In this document: positions 9,259-18,462 of the stretch, in pieces
Layout of the letters: each line of letters opens with the position of its first letter
How positions within the stretch are numbered: the first letter of the stretch is position 1
Program-made: the position numbers and the translations under genes
Source of the DNA: an uncultured Pseudomonadales bacterium
Lineage (GTDB): Bacteria; Patescibacteriota; Microgenomatia; UBA1400; PJMF01
Length of the DNA stretch: 64,000 nt
Assembly (NCBI GenBank): GCA_964650185.1
Contig: CAZYRN010000006.1
Location: forward strand, 168 to 64,167
Reading direction: 5' to 3'
Notes under the pieces: generated by a model
Database searches by the model: none
What the model saw: the letters and a program-made list of their open reading frames with translations, nothing else
Told to the model about the DNA's origin: nothing

Positions 9259-10326
9259 ATGGAACGTGTCAAAGTAGCGATTATTGGCAGTGGACCGGCT
9301 GGTTACACGGCGGCTCTCTATAATGCTCGAGCCAATTTAGCACCAGTTTTATTTGCTGGCCAAAAAAGCGGCGGCCAGCTGATGTGGACGACGGTGATTG
9401 AAAACTATCCTGGTTTTGAACATGGGATTGAGGGTCCGAAGCTGATGATGGAGATGCGGCAGCAAGCCGCTCGCTTTGGCGCGGATATCCGTGATCAGTA
9501 CATTACTGCGGTAGATTTTTCTGCCAGACCTTTCAAACTGTGGACTAGTATTCCTGAGGGAGCGACTGGTGAAGAGTTTGAGAGTGCTGATGCAGCAACT
9601 TTGAAGAAATATCAGCAGCAGATCAGGCAAAATGAGCCGGAAATTGAGGCAGAAGCAGTGATTGTAGCGACTGGCGCGGTGTCACGGCGGCTGACTATTC
9701 CGGGTGAGTCTGAGTTTTTTGGTCGAGGTGTGAGCACTTGTGCGGTCTGTGACGCAGCTTTTTTCAAAGAGAAAGTCACTTTTGTGGTTGGTGGCGGCGA
9801 TAGTGCTATGGAAGATGCGCTGGCTTTAACTAGACATGCTAAAGAAGTGCACATTATTAATCGCGGCGATAAGTTGCGAGCCAGCAAAATTATGCAGGAG
9901 CGGGTGTTGGCTAGTGAGAAAGTTAAAGTGTGGTGGAATACCCAGGTGAAAGCGGTCCTGGGAGAGCAGCTGGTGACAGGTTTGCGGCTGGTTCAGGATG
10001 GCAAAGAACAGGAAGTTCGGGCTGACGGCATGTTTTTAGCGATTGGCCATAAGCCAGTCACGACCATTTTTGGTCAGCAATTGGAACTGGATGCGCAAGG
10101 CTATGTAGTCACCCGCCAAAGTGCTTCTCAGCCAGGTGTAGTGGCAGCGCAAGCGGCGCTCAATGAAGAAGGTTTAGTATCTTTACCCACCATGACCTCA
10201 GTGGAAGGCGTTTTTGCTGGCGGTGATGTGGTGGATATTTGCTATCGGCAGGCGATTACGGCTGCTGGTCAGGGTTGTGCCGCTGCACTTGATGCAGAGC
10301 GATGGTTGGAAAGACAAGTCAGTTAG
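9259..10326 (+). CDS. trxB: Thioredoxin-disulfide reductase
   Basis: FAD-binding GSGPAGYTAA. Redox-active CAVCD. NADPH-binding GGGDSAMEDA. About 30-aa acidic insertion relative to canonical TrxB. Confidence 0.85.
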   Translation: MERVKVAIIGSGPAGYTAALYNARANLAPVLFAGQKSGGQLMWTTVIENYPGFEHGIEGPKLMMEMRQQAARFGADIRDQYITAVDFSARPFKLWTSIPEGATGEEFESADAATLKKYQQQIRQNEPEIEAEAVIVATGAVSRRLTIPGESEFFGRGVSTCAVCDAAFFKEKVTFVVGGGDSAMEDALALTRHAKEVHIINRGDKLRASKIMQERVLASEKVKVWWNTQVKAVLGEQLVTGLRLVQDGKEQEVRADGMFLAIGHKPVTTIFGQQLELDAQGYVVTRQSASQPGVVAAQAALNEEGLVSLPTMTSVEGVFAGGDVVDICYRQAITAAGQGCAAALDAERWLERQVS

Positions 10327-10377
10327 ACAGCAGTCAGTTAAGTCAGTTAGACAAACGAGCTAGAAAGGCCCAAAAAT

Positions 10378-11676
10378 ATGAATCAGCACCAGATTGCGAT
10401 TAAGCAGTTAGATCAGGTCGTGGAGCAACTGCGGCCGGCATATAAAAATCAGCCGGAGCAGTTTGAGCGAGCCGTTGAGCTGTTAAAACAGCCTCAGCAA
10501 GTGATGGAAGCTGAGCTGGAGATCGAGATGGATGATGGCTCTCAGCAAAAATTTACCGCTTTTCGCGCGCAGCATAATAATGCCCGCGGACCTTACAAAG
10601 GCGGGATTCGTTTTCATCCGCAGGTAACGAGAGAAGAAGTGGTGGCCCTCTCGACTTGGATGACTTGGAAGTGTGCGGTGACTGGTATCCCCTACGGCGG
10701 TGCTAAAGGCGGGATAGCGGTTGATCCCACCCAATTAAGTGAACAGGAGCTGCAGCGATTAAGCCGGGCTTATGCCAGGTTTGTCGCCCCCCAGGTGGGT
10801 CCTTGGGTTGATGTCCCTGCTCCAGACATGAACACTAACGGTCAGATTATGGCGTGGATGATTGATGAGCTGCAGCAGCTGCAGCCGACCGCTCAAGAAA
10901 ATCTCCTAGCTGCTTTTACCGGCAAGCCCATTGAGCTAGGCGGTTCTCAGGGCCGAGAAGAAGCCACTGGCTTAGGCGGTGTTTTTGTTTTAGAAAAATT
11001 CATGAAGAAAATAGGCAAAAAACGGCCCCAAGATGTGACCATTGCGGTCCAGGGCTTTGGCAATGTCGGCTACTGGTTTGCTTATCATGCTGATCGGCTG
11101 GGTTACAAGATTGTGGCAGTGTCAGATTCTCGAGGCGGTATTTATGTCGAAAACGGCTTAGATCCGGCTAAAACCCTTGAGTGCAAGCGCGATCATGGCC
11201 AGTTAGGTGAGTGTCATTGTGATGATCAAGGTTGCAGACTGGGCAAAGGCCAGCCACTGACTAATGATGAACTCCTCGAGCTGGAAGTGGATGTGCTAGT
11301 GCCGGCAGCTTTAGAAAATGTCATCAATCAGGAGAATGCGGCCAAGCTTAAGGCTCATGCGGTGTTGGAGATGGCTAATGGTCCCACTACCCCTGAAGCT
11401 GATCAAATTTTACGCGATCAAAAGATCACTTTAATTCCAGACGTCTTGGCTAACGCCGGCGGAGTTACCACCTCATATTTTGAGTGGGTGCAAAATCTGC
11501 AGGGTTACTACTGGACACATGAGGAAGTGGTGAGTAAACTACAGCCGCTGATGGAAACTGCCTTCGAGCAGGTCTGGAAAATTCAAGAGCAGTATCACGT
11601 TGATGGGCGGACCGCCGCTTACATGTTAGCCGTCAAAAAAGTGATTGATGCCATGGTTCTTCGAGGCCGGGTTTAA
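10378..11676 (+). CDS. gdh: Glutamate dehydrogenase (Glu/Leu/Phe/Val dehydrogenase family)
   Basis: GPYKGGIRFHP and GIPYGGAKGG catalytic motifs. NAD(P)-binding GFGNVG. Contains an unusual Cys-rich insertion (see findings). Confidence 0.85.
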   Translation: MNQHQIAIKQLDQVVEQLRPAYKNQPEQFERAVELLKQPQQVMEAELEIEMDDGSQQKFTAFRAQHNNARGPYKGGIRFHPQVTREEVVALSTWMTWKCAVTGIPYGGAKGGIAVDPTQLSEQELQRLSRAYARFVAPQVGPWVDVPAPDMNTNGQIMAWMIDELQQLQPTAQENLLAAFTGKPIELGGSQGREEATGLGGVFVLEKFMKKIGKKRPQDVTIAVQGFGNVGYWFAYHADRLGYKIVAVSDSRGGIYVENGLDPAKTLECKRDHGQLGECHCDDQGCRLGKGQPLTNDELLELEVDVLVPAALENVINQENAAKLKAHAVLEMANGPTTPEADQILRDQKITLIPDVLANAGGVTTSYFEWVQNLQGYYWTHEEVVSKLQPLMETAFEQVWKIQEQYHVDGRTAAYMLAVKKVIDAMVLRGRV

Positions 11677-11721
11677 AAAAACCCTTCTATCCTCTATAAT
11701 AGATAGATTGTAAACCTTATT

Positions 11722-12831
11722 ATGGCCCAAAAAAAAGATTCCTCCAAACTACCCAAAGCACTGCAGGAAGCAGTCAAAGAGCTAACCGCCACCGCCAAGG
11801 GGCAGGGTTATGTGACTCAAGACGAAGTCCTAGATGTGTTTGTTGAACCAGAAGAGTATTTAGCAGCCGTTGATGATTTTTATGACACCATCATTCAAGA
11901 AGGGGTCGATATTTTCGAGTCGACCTCAGTTGAAGATAGTGATGATGAAGGCTCCGATCTAACTCGAGAGCTGGAAGAGTTGTCTTCACTTGAAGGCAGC
12001 GGCGTGTCTGATCCCGTCCGGATGTACTTAAAAGAGATTGGCCGGATTAATCTGCTGACCCGAGAAGAAGAGATTAGATTAGCTCAGCAAGTGGAAGTGG
12101 GAGATGCGAAAGCCAAGCAGCAGCTGATTGATGCTAACTTGCGGTTAGTCGTGTCTATTGCCAAGAAGTACATCGGCCGCGGCATGACCTTTTTAGATTT
12201 AATTCAAGAAGGCAATAAAGGCTTAATTAGAGCCGTCGAGAAGTTTGACTGGACTAAAGGCTTTAAGTTTTCTACTTATGCAACGTGGTGGATTCGCCAG
12301 GCGATTACTCGGTCGATTGCGGATCAAGCCAGAACAATTAGAATTCCCGTCCATATGGTCGAGACGATTAACAAACTGATGAGGACTTCAAGAAAGCTGA
12401 TGCAGGAGATTGGCCGCGAGCCGACCCCAGAAGAGATTGGCGAGGTGATGGAGATGGATGAGGAGAAAGTGCGGGAGATCTTGAAAATTGCCCAGAATAC
12501 CACTTCTCTGGAAGCGCCGGTGGGCGATGGAGAAGATGACAGCACCTTAGGCGACTTTATTGCCGATGACCGGCAGAAGTCTCCCTATGATGTGACCACT
12601 GAGCAGATGCTGAAAGAAAATGTTGAGGAAGTGTTGAGTGCTTTGTCAGATCGGGAAGCGAAAGTGCTCAAGATGAGATTTGGCTTAAATGATAACAAGA
12701 TGATGACGCTGGAAGAAGTCGGCCGCAAGTTCGGCGTGACGCGGGAGCGGATTCGGCAGATTGAAGCCAAAGCGCTGCGGAAGCTGAAGCATCCGTCTCG
12801 GAGAAAGAAGTTGCAGGATTTCTTGGAGTAG
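11722..12831 (+). CDS. rpoD: RNA polymerase primary sigma factor (sigma-70)
   Basis: Region 2.4 [13 protein letters not shown], region 3, and region 4 [21 protein letters not shown]. Acidic N-terminal region. Confidence 0.9.
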   Translation: MAQKKDSSKLPKALQEAVKELTATAKGQGYVTQDEVLDVFVEPEEYLAAVDDFYDTIIQEGVDIFESTSVEDSDDEGSDLTRELEELSSLEGSGVSDPVRMYLKEIGRINLLTREEEIRLAQQVEVGDAKAKQQLIDANLRLVVSIAKKYIGRGMTFLDLIQEGNKGLIRAVEKFDWTKGFKFSTYATWWIRQAITRSIADQARTIRIPVHMVETINKLMRTSRKLMQEIGREPTPEEIGEVMEMDEEKVREILKIAQNTTSLEAPVGDGEDDSTLGDFIADDRQKSPYDVTTEQMLKENVEEVLSALSDREAKVLKMRFGLNDNKMMTLEEVGRKFGVTRERIRQIEAKALRKLKHPSRRKKLQDFLE

Positions 12832-12911
12832 GTGACAGCAGATTAGCTGGCGTTTTCGGCCGCAAGTTGATAAAATAAGCCAGCTGTTTAACAAGCAGAA
12901 GTTAGAGAAGA

Positions 12912-12986
12912 TCCCCGGTAGCTCAATGGCAGAGCAGGAAGCTGTTAACTTCAAGGTTGTAGGTTCGAATCCTACCCGGGGAGCCA
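12912..12986 (+). tRNA. tRNA-Asn (anticodon GTT)
   Basis: Acceptor stem TCCCCGG/CCGGGGA. D-arm GCTC/GAGC. Anticodon loop CTGTTAA. T-arm GTAGG-TTCGAAT-CCTAC. Discriminator G plus encoded CCA. Confidence 0.8.
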
Positions 12987-13712
12987 GATGGGACGCAGAG
13001 GCAACAAAGCGTCCTTTTTTGTTGAACTGTCGGGCAATTCTTGATGTTCGAAAGTTTCTTTTTCCAAACCCTCCAAATTTTCCACTTTAGAACAATTTGT
13101 TTGACTTACTGCCTCAGACAGGATCTTAAAGGCTCGGGAGTACTCCCAGCTGAGTTTTCCTTCGTCTAAAATTAGTTTCTTGAAGACTAGCCTAATCAGA
13201 GCGCGTTGTTCGTCCAACATCTCCTTCTTTTTGGCGGTTAAGTAAATTTCTTTAGCTCGTTGTGAGAGTTCATAGAGATTAATGCCTAAGTTGAGATAGC
13301 CGGTGCTGGCGGTAGAGTGTCTCTTTATTGTCTCGGTCAATTCGTCTTTTTCTTTGGAGTACTGTTTAAACTTGCGATTATAAAACTCCTGGGTGATCTT
13401 TTCATCGAGTTTGTCGTCGTATAACTTGTCCATTCGTTTGCTGACAGCCTCGTAGCGAGTTTCCAGCTCGCCGACGGTACTATTGTGGTACTCGACTTCG
13501 TCCCGGTGGCTTTCTTTGAGAGCCTTTTTGAGCCATTCGGTTACTCGCTTGTTTTTGATCCTCAAATTCTCAAAGCCAGCTATGAGCTGTTCTTCGGTCC
13601 ATGGCTCTTTGACCCACGTTTTCTGGGGACATTTGTTGTAATGGTTACAGTGGTCATAGCGATGACCTCGGTGAAGTTCCCAAGTAATCAGTCCTTTACA
13701 GGTCACGCCCAC
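12972..13712 (-). pseudogene. C-terminal remnant of a large serine recombinase (zinc-ribbon plus coiled-coil domains only; catalytic resolvase domain absent)
   Basis: CKGLITWELHRGHRYDHCNHYNKC has the same architecture as the intact recombinase at 29532 (C..C...C..C then coiled coil). No upstream resolvase domain. The 3' end of the ORF reads into the tRNA/terminator. Confidence 0.45.
12991..13020 (+). terminator. Rho-independent terminator after tRNA-Asn
   Basis: GGACGC-N12-GCGTCC hairpin followed by TTTTTT. Confidence 0.5.
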
Positions 13713-13727
13713 ACCTTACCAGCAGAC

Positions 13728-13979
13728 ATGAAAGCAGTTCTTACTGCTGACCCTAAACTGCTTGAAATCTGGGAAGATCTGACTCCACTAGCGCGCAACG
13801 AGTGGATTTGCTGGACGATCTCAGTAAAAAAGCCAGAGACCAGACAAAAACATCTCGACAGATTACAGAGTGATATGAAGTCTGGCCACCGCCGGCCGTG
13901 CTGCTGGTACGGCTGCATTCATCGGCAGGATAAAAAGGTTAGTCCATCGGTAAAAAATTTGGTGTTAAAGAAGAAGTAA
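13728..13979 (+). CDS. YdeI/OmpD-associated family protein (DUF1801-like)
   Basis: LTPLARNEWICWTISVKKPETRQKHLDRL matches the YdeI-type W-x-x-x-AKKPETR motif. Internal Met start chosen. Confidence 0.45.
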   Translation: MKAVLTADPKLLEIWEDLTPLARNEWICWTISVKKPETRQKHLDRLQSDMKSGHRRPCCWYGCIHRQDKKVSPSVKNLVLKKK

Positions 13980-14124
13980 CATCGAACGTTTCTGAAGTAT
14001 GTGCTTCATCATCTAAGAGCACTTTTTGCAGAATGCGTGATACAGCTCCAGTCAGAGCGCCAGCAGAAGACAACCATAGCCAGGTTATAAGATTTTTTCA
14101 AGTAGGTTAATGCAATCAACTGAT

Positions 14125-15120
14125 CTAGTCATGATATGTAGGTGATATTTGTTCCAAACCTTGGTCAATCATCCTTATTAGTAATGTTAGTTGGCGTCGA
14201 TTATGGCGAAGATGAAGATAATATTGAGCCAACTCCAAAGAGGCCGAGTGCCGTTTAGCTTCATATGATGGGTCTAGTAATTTATCAATCTTAGCTTTCC
14301 AAGAGTTCAACCTAGGTAGCTTGGTCTCCACATGATCATAACCTTCCCGCGTGAGTAAAACTAGCTCAGCTAATTTTGATCTGAGCGCAGAGATAATTTT
14401 CATAATCATTTGAAATTGAGGATCCTCCAGTCCAACAAAAATTCTCTGAGCTATATCAAGGTTTGCCTGCTGTTCTGGTGAGAGTTGTTTTTGTTGTTCA
14501 AGCTCATTTTTCATCATCTTCATATAATTTTCAGGATTACCGAGGATGTTCAAGCAATAAGCTTGATGTCGATCTACTAGTAATGCTTTGATTACATAAT
14601 AAGCCTTGGTTCCAGTTTCAAGAAATTCTTCGAAAAATATCCAATTTGCTGCTTTGTTGTCTTTAAAGTCAGGCACTCGCTCATTAGCAAGATCAATTAA
14701 AAAATCTACTCCTTGTTCATTTAGTTGTTCTTCCTTTTCCATCCCAGCTCGACGTGTATTCCAAATTTCATATTTATTATAAAGAGCATTATTTTCAGCT
14801 GGATCAAGCAACACAACCACACCACGTTTGAGTGGATGATCTTCAGGTAATAATCGCTGAAAATGTTTCCAGAGCACTTCAGCAATCATGCGGCTACGAC
14901 CACCAATCAGGATTATGACAGGTTGGTCTGGATTAAGTTCTAATTGGGAGGTTTTATTAGCTAAACTTTTCAAAGCCTCGTCAAGATGGTTAATAAACTC
15001 AGGGAATTGTGCAGATTCTATGAACAGTTTTAGTTCTAGAAATGGTTTGATTAAATTTTCGGGATCAGGGGTAAGAGCAGTTTTAATGTCAGGAGTTGTT
15101 TCAACAGCAGGATTTGTCAC
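14125..15120 (-). CDS. Hypothetical protein
   Basis: 331-aa ORF with coding-like composition. No motif I can assign. Confidence 0.45.
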   Translation of the reverse strand: MTNPAVETTPDIKTALTPDPENLIKPFLELKLFIESAQFPEFINHLDEALKSLANKTSQLELNPDQPVIILIGGRSRMIAEVLWKHFQRLLPEDHPLKRGVVVLLDPAENNALYNKYEIWNTRRAGMEKEEQLNEQGVDFLIDLANERVPDFKDNKAANWIFFEEFLETGTKAYYVIKALLVDRHQAYCLNILGNPENYMKMMKNELEQQKQLSPEQQANLDIAQRIFVGLEDPQFQMIMKIISALRSKLAELVLLTREGYDHVETKLPRLNSWKAKIDKLLDPSYEAKRHSASLELAQYYLHLRHNRRQLTLLIRMIDQGLEQISPTYHD

Positions 15121-15165
15121 AGTTTTTTTAGGAATTAGTTATCTAATTTGCCAGAGTAGAAAATA

Positions 15166-15561
15166 TTAATGCTCTTCAGCGGCTTCAGCCTCAGCCTTAG
15201 TCTGATGGATGGTGCCATCTGGATGATGGGGTGGTGAGTAGATGGTGTAGAGTTGTAGTGGCTGACTATCAGAACTGTTGATGACATTATGCTCTGTCCC
15301 AGCGGGAACAATAAAAGCATCATCGTCCTGAATTGAGCGTGCCTCGCCGTTCATCACGACTTGGCCAGTGCCGGCTTCAACGCGAAAAAACTGGTCCTCA
15401 TGTTCATGAACTTCAAGACCGATCTCTTCTTTCGGTTGGAGTGTCATGACTACTAATTGTGAGTGTCGGCCGGTATATAAAACACGGCGAAAGTGGTTGT
15501 TATCAAGCGTCAACCGCTCGATGTTGTCGAGAAATCCTGTCATATTTCCATCATAGCGCAA
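15166..15561 (-). CDS. Cupin-domain protein
   Basis: GLEVHEHEDQFFRVEAGTGQVVMNGE...PAGTEHNV is a cupin 2 two-motif signature. Confidence 0.65.
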   Translation of the reverse strand: MRYDGNMTGFLDNIERLTLDNNHFRRVLYTGRHSQLVVMTLQPKEEIGLEVHEHEDQFFRVEAGTGQVVMNGEARSIQDDDAFIVPAGTEHNVINSSDSQPLQLYTIYSPPHHPDGTIHQTKAEAEAAEEH

Positions 15562-15599
15562 TTTTTAAATAAACACAGTAAGGTGAGCAGCAATTTGCC

Positions 15600-15806
15600 T
15601 CAATTTTTTCGATACTCCAAAATATCACCTGGCTGACACTCTAGTGCCTCACAGACTGCTTCCAGTGTGGAAAAGCGGATGGCTTTGGCGCGACCATTCT
15701 TTAAAATAGACAGATTAGCCATAGTAATGCCGACTTTTTCTGCTAGCTCGGTTAAGCTCATCTTACGTTTAGCTAGCATCACATCGAGATTGACGATAAT
15801 AGACAT
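15600..15806 (-). CDS. Small XRE-family HTH transcriptional regulator (YozG-like)
   Basis: 68 aa. LTELAEKVGITMANLSILKNGRAKAIRFSTLEAVCEAL is a Cro/C1 HTH. Directly upstream of two DUF2975-like membrane genes. Confidence 0.7.
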   Translation of the reverse strand: MSIIVNLDVMLAKRKMSLTELAEKVGITMANLSILKNGRAKAIRFSTLEAVCEALECQPGDILEYRKN

Positions 15807-15812
15807 AATTCC

Positions 15813-16304
15813 TTAAATGGTTAGTTCCTGGTCTTTCTGTAATTCGATCGCTTCCTTTAAAAGTTTTTCTAATACTGCTAAAAATATGGCAATAATGCTG
15901 GCGGTAAAAATTGCCAGACTTCCTAGAGTAATTAAAGGTGTCACATCCTCACTAGGATTGACTTGTTTAGCGAAAAAAATGACAGCTGTCACTCCTAAAA
16001 TCAGTAAGATATTAAAAACTAATGTACTGCGCTTGATAATCTGCAGTGCTTTTATTGATTGAAGTGAAAAGGCTTGATGGCGGCTAACAGCACTAACCAA
16101 GCGATGCGCTTGATAAAGTGCCGCAAAAATAGGACTAACTAATATCCAGGCGCCAATTAAATAGGGGTAGGCAGGAGGCGGATTAACTTTACCAACTGCT
16201 TCTTCTCGAGCTAGCTCTGGCAAAAGCACTACTAGAATAGTCAGGAGTGCTAAACCTAACAGATAAATGGCAGCTTTAGCGATACGAGATAGAGTTATTT
16301 TCAT
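15813..16304 (-). CDS. DUF2975-like membrane protein (partner of YozG-like regulator)
   Basis: 4-TM small protein. Ends ...KDQELTI. Paralogous to the next gene. Confidence 0.5.
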   Translation of the reverse strand: MKITLSRIAKAAIYLLGLALLTILVVLLPELAREEAVGKVNPPPAYPYLIGAWILVSPIFAALYQAHRLVSAVSRHQAFSLQSIKALQIIKRSTLVFNILLILGVTAVIFFAKQVNPSEDVTPLITLGSLAIFTASIIAIFLAVLEKLLKEAIELQKDQELTI

Positions 16305-16765
16305 ATAGTCAGCTCGCTGGTTGCTTTAAGTTGCAGCGCATCTTCAAACATGCGCTGAAGAACCGCTGCTAGGATGGCCATCATCAAGGGTGCAAAGGTA
16401 AAGATCAATCCCAGCAGCATCACCCCTGGAGCATCATCTCGGTCAGCTACTTGGTAAATATAGGGCAATCCCAGCGCGTACATACCGCTGATAAGCAGGG
16501 TCATAAATTTCAGTGAACGCAAGGAATTGATGGCGGCTTGAGAAAAAGCACGCCCAGCGTCGATTAGATTTAAGAGTTTAAAAGTGTGAATAATGCCAAG
16601 AAAAAAGGGGATGGCGGGGAAGTACATGCCGATTAACAAAGGTCGATACATGCCCGCCGTATCACTTCTAATTCCAGCTGGCAGGGCAAAGATGCAGAGC
16701 GTCAGAACTATCAGACTAATAAGCATGACTACCGATTTTAAAAATAAAGTTGAGCCGAGTTTCAT
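16301..16765 (-). CDS. DUF2975-like membrane protein (paralog)
   Basis: 4-TM small protein ending ...KATSELTI. ATGA overlap with the downstream paralog. Confidence 0.5.
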   Translation of the reverse strand: MKLGSTLFLKSVVMLISLIVLTLCIFALPAGIRSDTAGMYRPLLIGMYFPAIPFFLGIIHTFKLLNLIDAGRAFSQAAINSLRSLKFMTLLISGMYALGLPYIYQVADRDDAPGVMLLGLIFTFAPLMMAILAAVLQRMFEDALQLKATSELTI

Positions 16766-16854
16766 GATTCTAGCCTTCGCAATTAATCATATCACTACTG
16801 ATTTTAATGGCTTATTTATCGAATGTCAATAAATAAATATTGAAAAACGGTAAG

Positions 16855-17214
16855 TTAGTCAGATTCGGCGCGCTTCATTCTTCCGGCGATTTGGCCAGGG
16901 AGCATATTATATTCGGTGAATATTCCAAACAACTCCATGTTAAGTGTATAGCCGATTCGGTTTTCTAAAGTTTCAGTTCCACTTAAGCCAACTTCCACCA
17001 ATGCTTCACGAATCTGACGAATCCAACTCTGAATATTGATTAACTTGTTTTCTAGATTATTTATTTCTAAAAAGTCTGCAATTTCTTCCTTGGTTGTCAG
17101 ACCTTTTCGTTGGAAAAAAAGAACTAATAATTTTGCTTTCATGCCTCTTAAAACTATTTGTTTATTTTGGTATGTTAAGACCGCTTCTTCATCACTAATT
17201 TCTTGAACTATCAA
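16855..17214 (-). CDS. Putative winged-helix DNA-binding protein
   Basis: 119 aa. ...LENRIGYTL resembles a trans_reg_C-type wing. Weak. Confidence 0.35.
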   Translation of the reverse strand: MIVQEISDEEAVLTYQNKQIVLRGMKAKLLVLFFQRKGLTTKEEIADFLEINNLENKLINIQSWIRQIREALVEVGLSGTETLENRIGYTLNMELFGIFTEYNMLPGQIAGRMKRAESD

Positions 17215-17480
17215 TCCTTCTTATGACTACCGGCAGCGGTGTTAACTTAATTGGCAGCTGGTTTGGAACCAGACCAGATCGAGGCATTGCATTGGTTTTT
17301 ACCTTGACTGGTATCATTGGCTTAATCGTGACGGTATGGGTGAGTCGGTCACGGCCAACTCGGTTGCTTTCACAAGCCTATTTGGATCAGACGCAGCAGC
17401 CATAATAAATGGGGTATCGAGAATATCCACTAGCTCACAATCACCGACTGAGATTAAAAGTTTCGGCCAATTCTGAATTT

Positions 17481-18173
17481 TTAAATGACTCGGTTGGCAT
17501 AATCAATTGTTTGAAGATTAGATAACATCATTAGACTTCTCTCCAAAGCTTTTTTTTCTGCTTCTAATTGCTCAAGCTGACGCTGATCTGCTGTCATCAA
17601 TCTCTCAACTAATCCTTTTCCGAATTGAGCATTGGCTTGATTGGCGCTATAACCCTCATATGTATTCTTTTGAAACTGTTGTTGGGCACGCTGGTCATGC
17701 AAAGCCTGGGAACGAAGCTGCTTTTCTTTTTCCGTAATTTGATCAATTAACTCAATTAACTGCAGCTCAGCTTGAAGTAAAAGTTTTTCAAGCCAGATGC
17801 TAGCATCTTGAAGTTGTTCGCTTGCCACAGTTTCATTATGTACTAAGGCGAAATAAACAGCTAAGACAGCGATATTATGCCGATCATCAGCTTTCACCTC
17901 ACCAAAACTAGCGGACAAATTTTCTGCTGCTAAAAGCTGCTGGTTTTGATTCTGTGTCCAGAGGACAGCTTGTTCTAATTGAAGCAAAAATTGGTCATCA
18001 AAATAATTACTGGCAGCGAACTCTGCTAAAGCCTGCGCTAAGATTCCCTCCTGAGTTGGCTGAGGTGCGACTCCAAATTCTCTTGCCATCGCCGTTGGAT
18101 TAGCATACTTTTTAAAAGCATACTCGCCCTCTACAGTTTCAGGTACGACCATACTGATTACTTCTCCAGGCAT
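17481..18173 (-). CDS. Hypothetical coiled-coil protein
   Basis: About 230 aa, Q/L/E-rich heptad-like C-terminal half. ATG at 18173-18171 is preceded by an in-frame GTG and a GAAAGGAGG RBS. Confidence 0.5.
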   Translation of the reverse strand: MPGEVISMVVPETVEGEYAFKKYANPTAMAREFGVAPQPTQEGILAQALAEFAASNYFDDQFLLQLEQAVLWTQNQNQQLLAAENLSASFGEVKADDRHNIAVLAVYFALVHNETVASEQLQDASIWLEKLLLQAELQLIELIDQITEKEKQLRSQALHDQRAQQQFQKNTYEGYSANQANAQFGKGLVERLMTADQRQLEQLEAEKKALERSLMMLSNLQTIDYANRVI

Positions 18174-18286
18174 CACTGCCTCCTTTCAAATTCGAGCGAG
18201 AGATAAAAAAAGACTCCGAGAGGAGTCAGTAAACTCTCGATGCTCGTCGAATAAATAATTTGCTGAAGATCGGACTTGTCCTTCAT
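18173..18286 (-). CDS. 37-codon upstream leader ORF (MKDKSDLQQIIYSTSIESLLTPLGVFFYLSLEFERRQ) whose stop overlaps the start codon of the downstream gene
   Basis: ATG at 18286-18284 with GAGG 5 nt upstream. Its codons 20-28 span a terminator-like hairpin plus U7. TGA 18175-18173 overlaps the main ATG by 1 nt. Confidence 0.3.
   Translation of the reverse strand: MKDKSDLQQIIYSTSIESLLTPLGVFFYLSLEFERRQ
18205..18227 (-). terminator. Intrinsic-terminator-like hairpin (GACUCC-UCUC-GGAGUC + U7) inside the 5' leader of the 17481..18173 gene, a putative attenuator
   Basis: Perfect 6-bp GC-rich stem, tetraloop and 7 U on the minus strand. Located 30 nt upstream of the main RBS. Confidence 0.45.
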
Positions 18287-18462
18287 TCAGACCTCGAAGG
18301 AATCACCGTTGCGGCACAGTTGCAGATTTTCACTGCATTCCACAGCAGCTTCAGCTTAGCATAATTATTAGCGGGGCGTAAAGCCGCTTTGATAAAAAAT
18401 AAGTCAGCTTTAATAGCATAAAGTTATAAATATTTGACAATATGTAAAAAATACTATACATT

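Noticed and set aside
12324-12954. Stack of antisense ORFs (61-89 aa) inside and after rpoD
   Set aside because: They lie opposite a highly conserved sigma-70 coding region and are Ser/Thr/Pro-rich, typical of antisense reading of GAA/GAG-rich sequence. They are spurious.
14125-15120. Phosphoribosyltransferase-like resemblance (VVVLLDPAENN) in the 331-aa hypothetical
   Set aside because: It lacks the acidic-DD-TGxT PRPP loop, so the resemblance is superficial.
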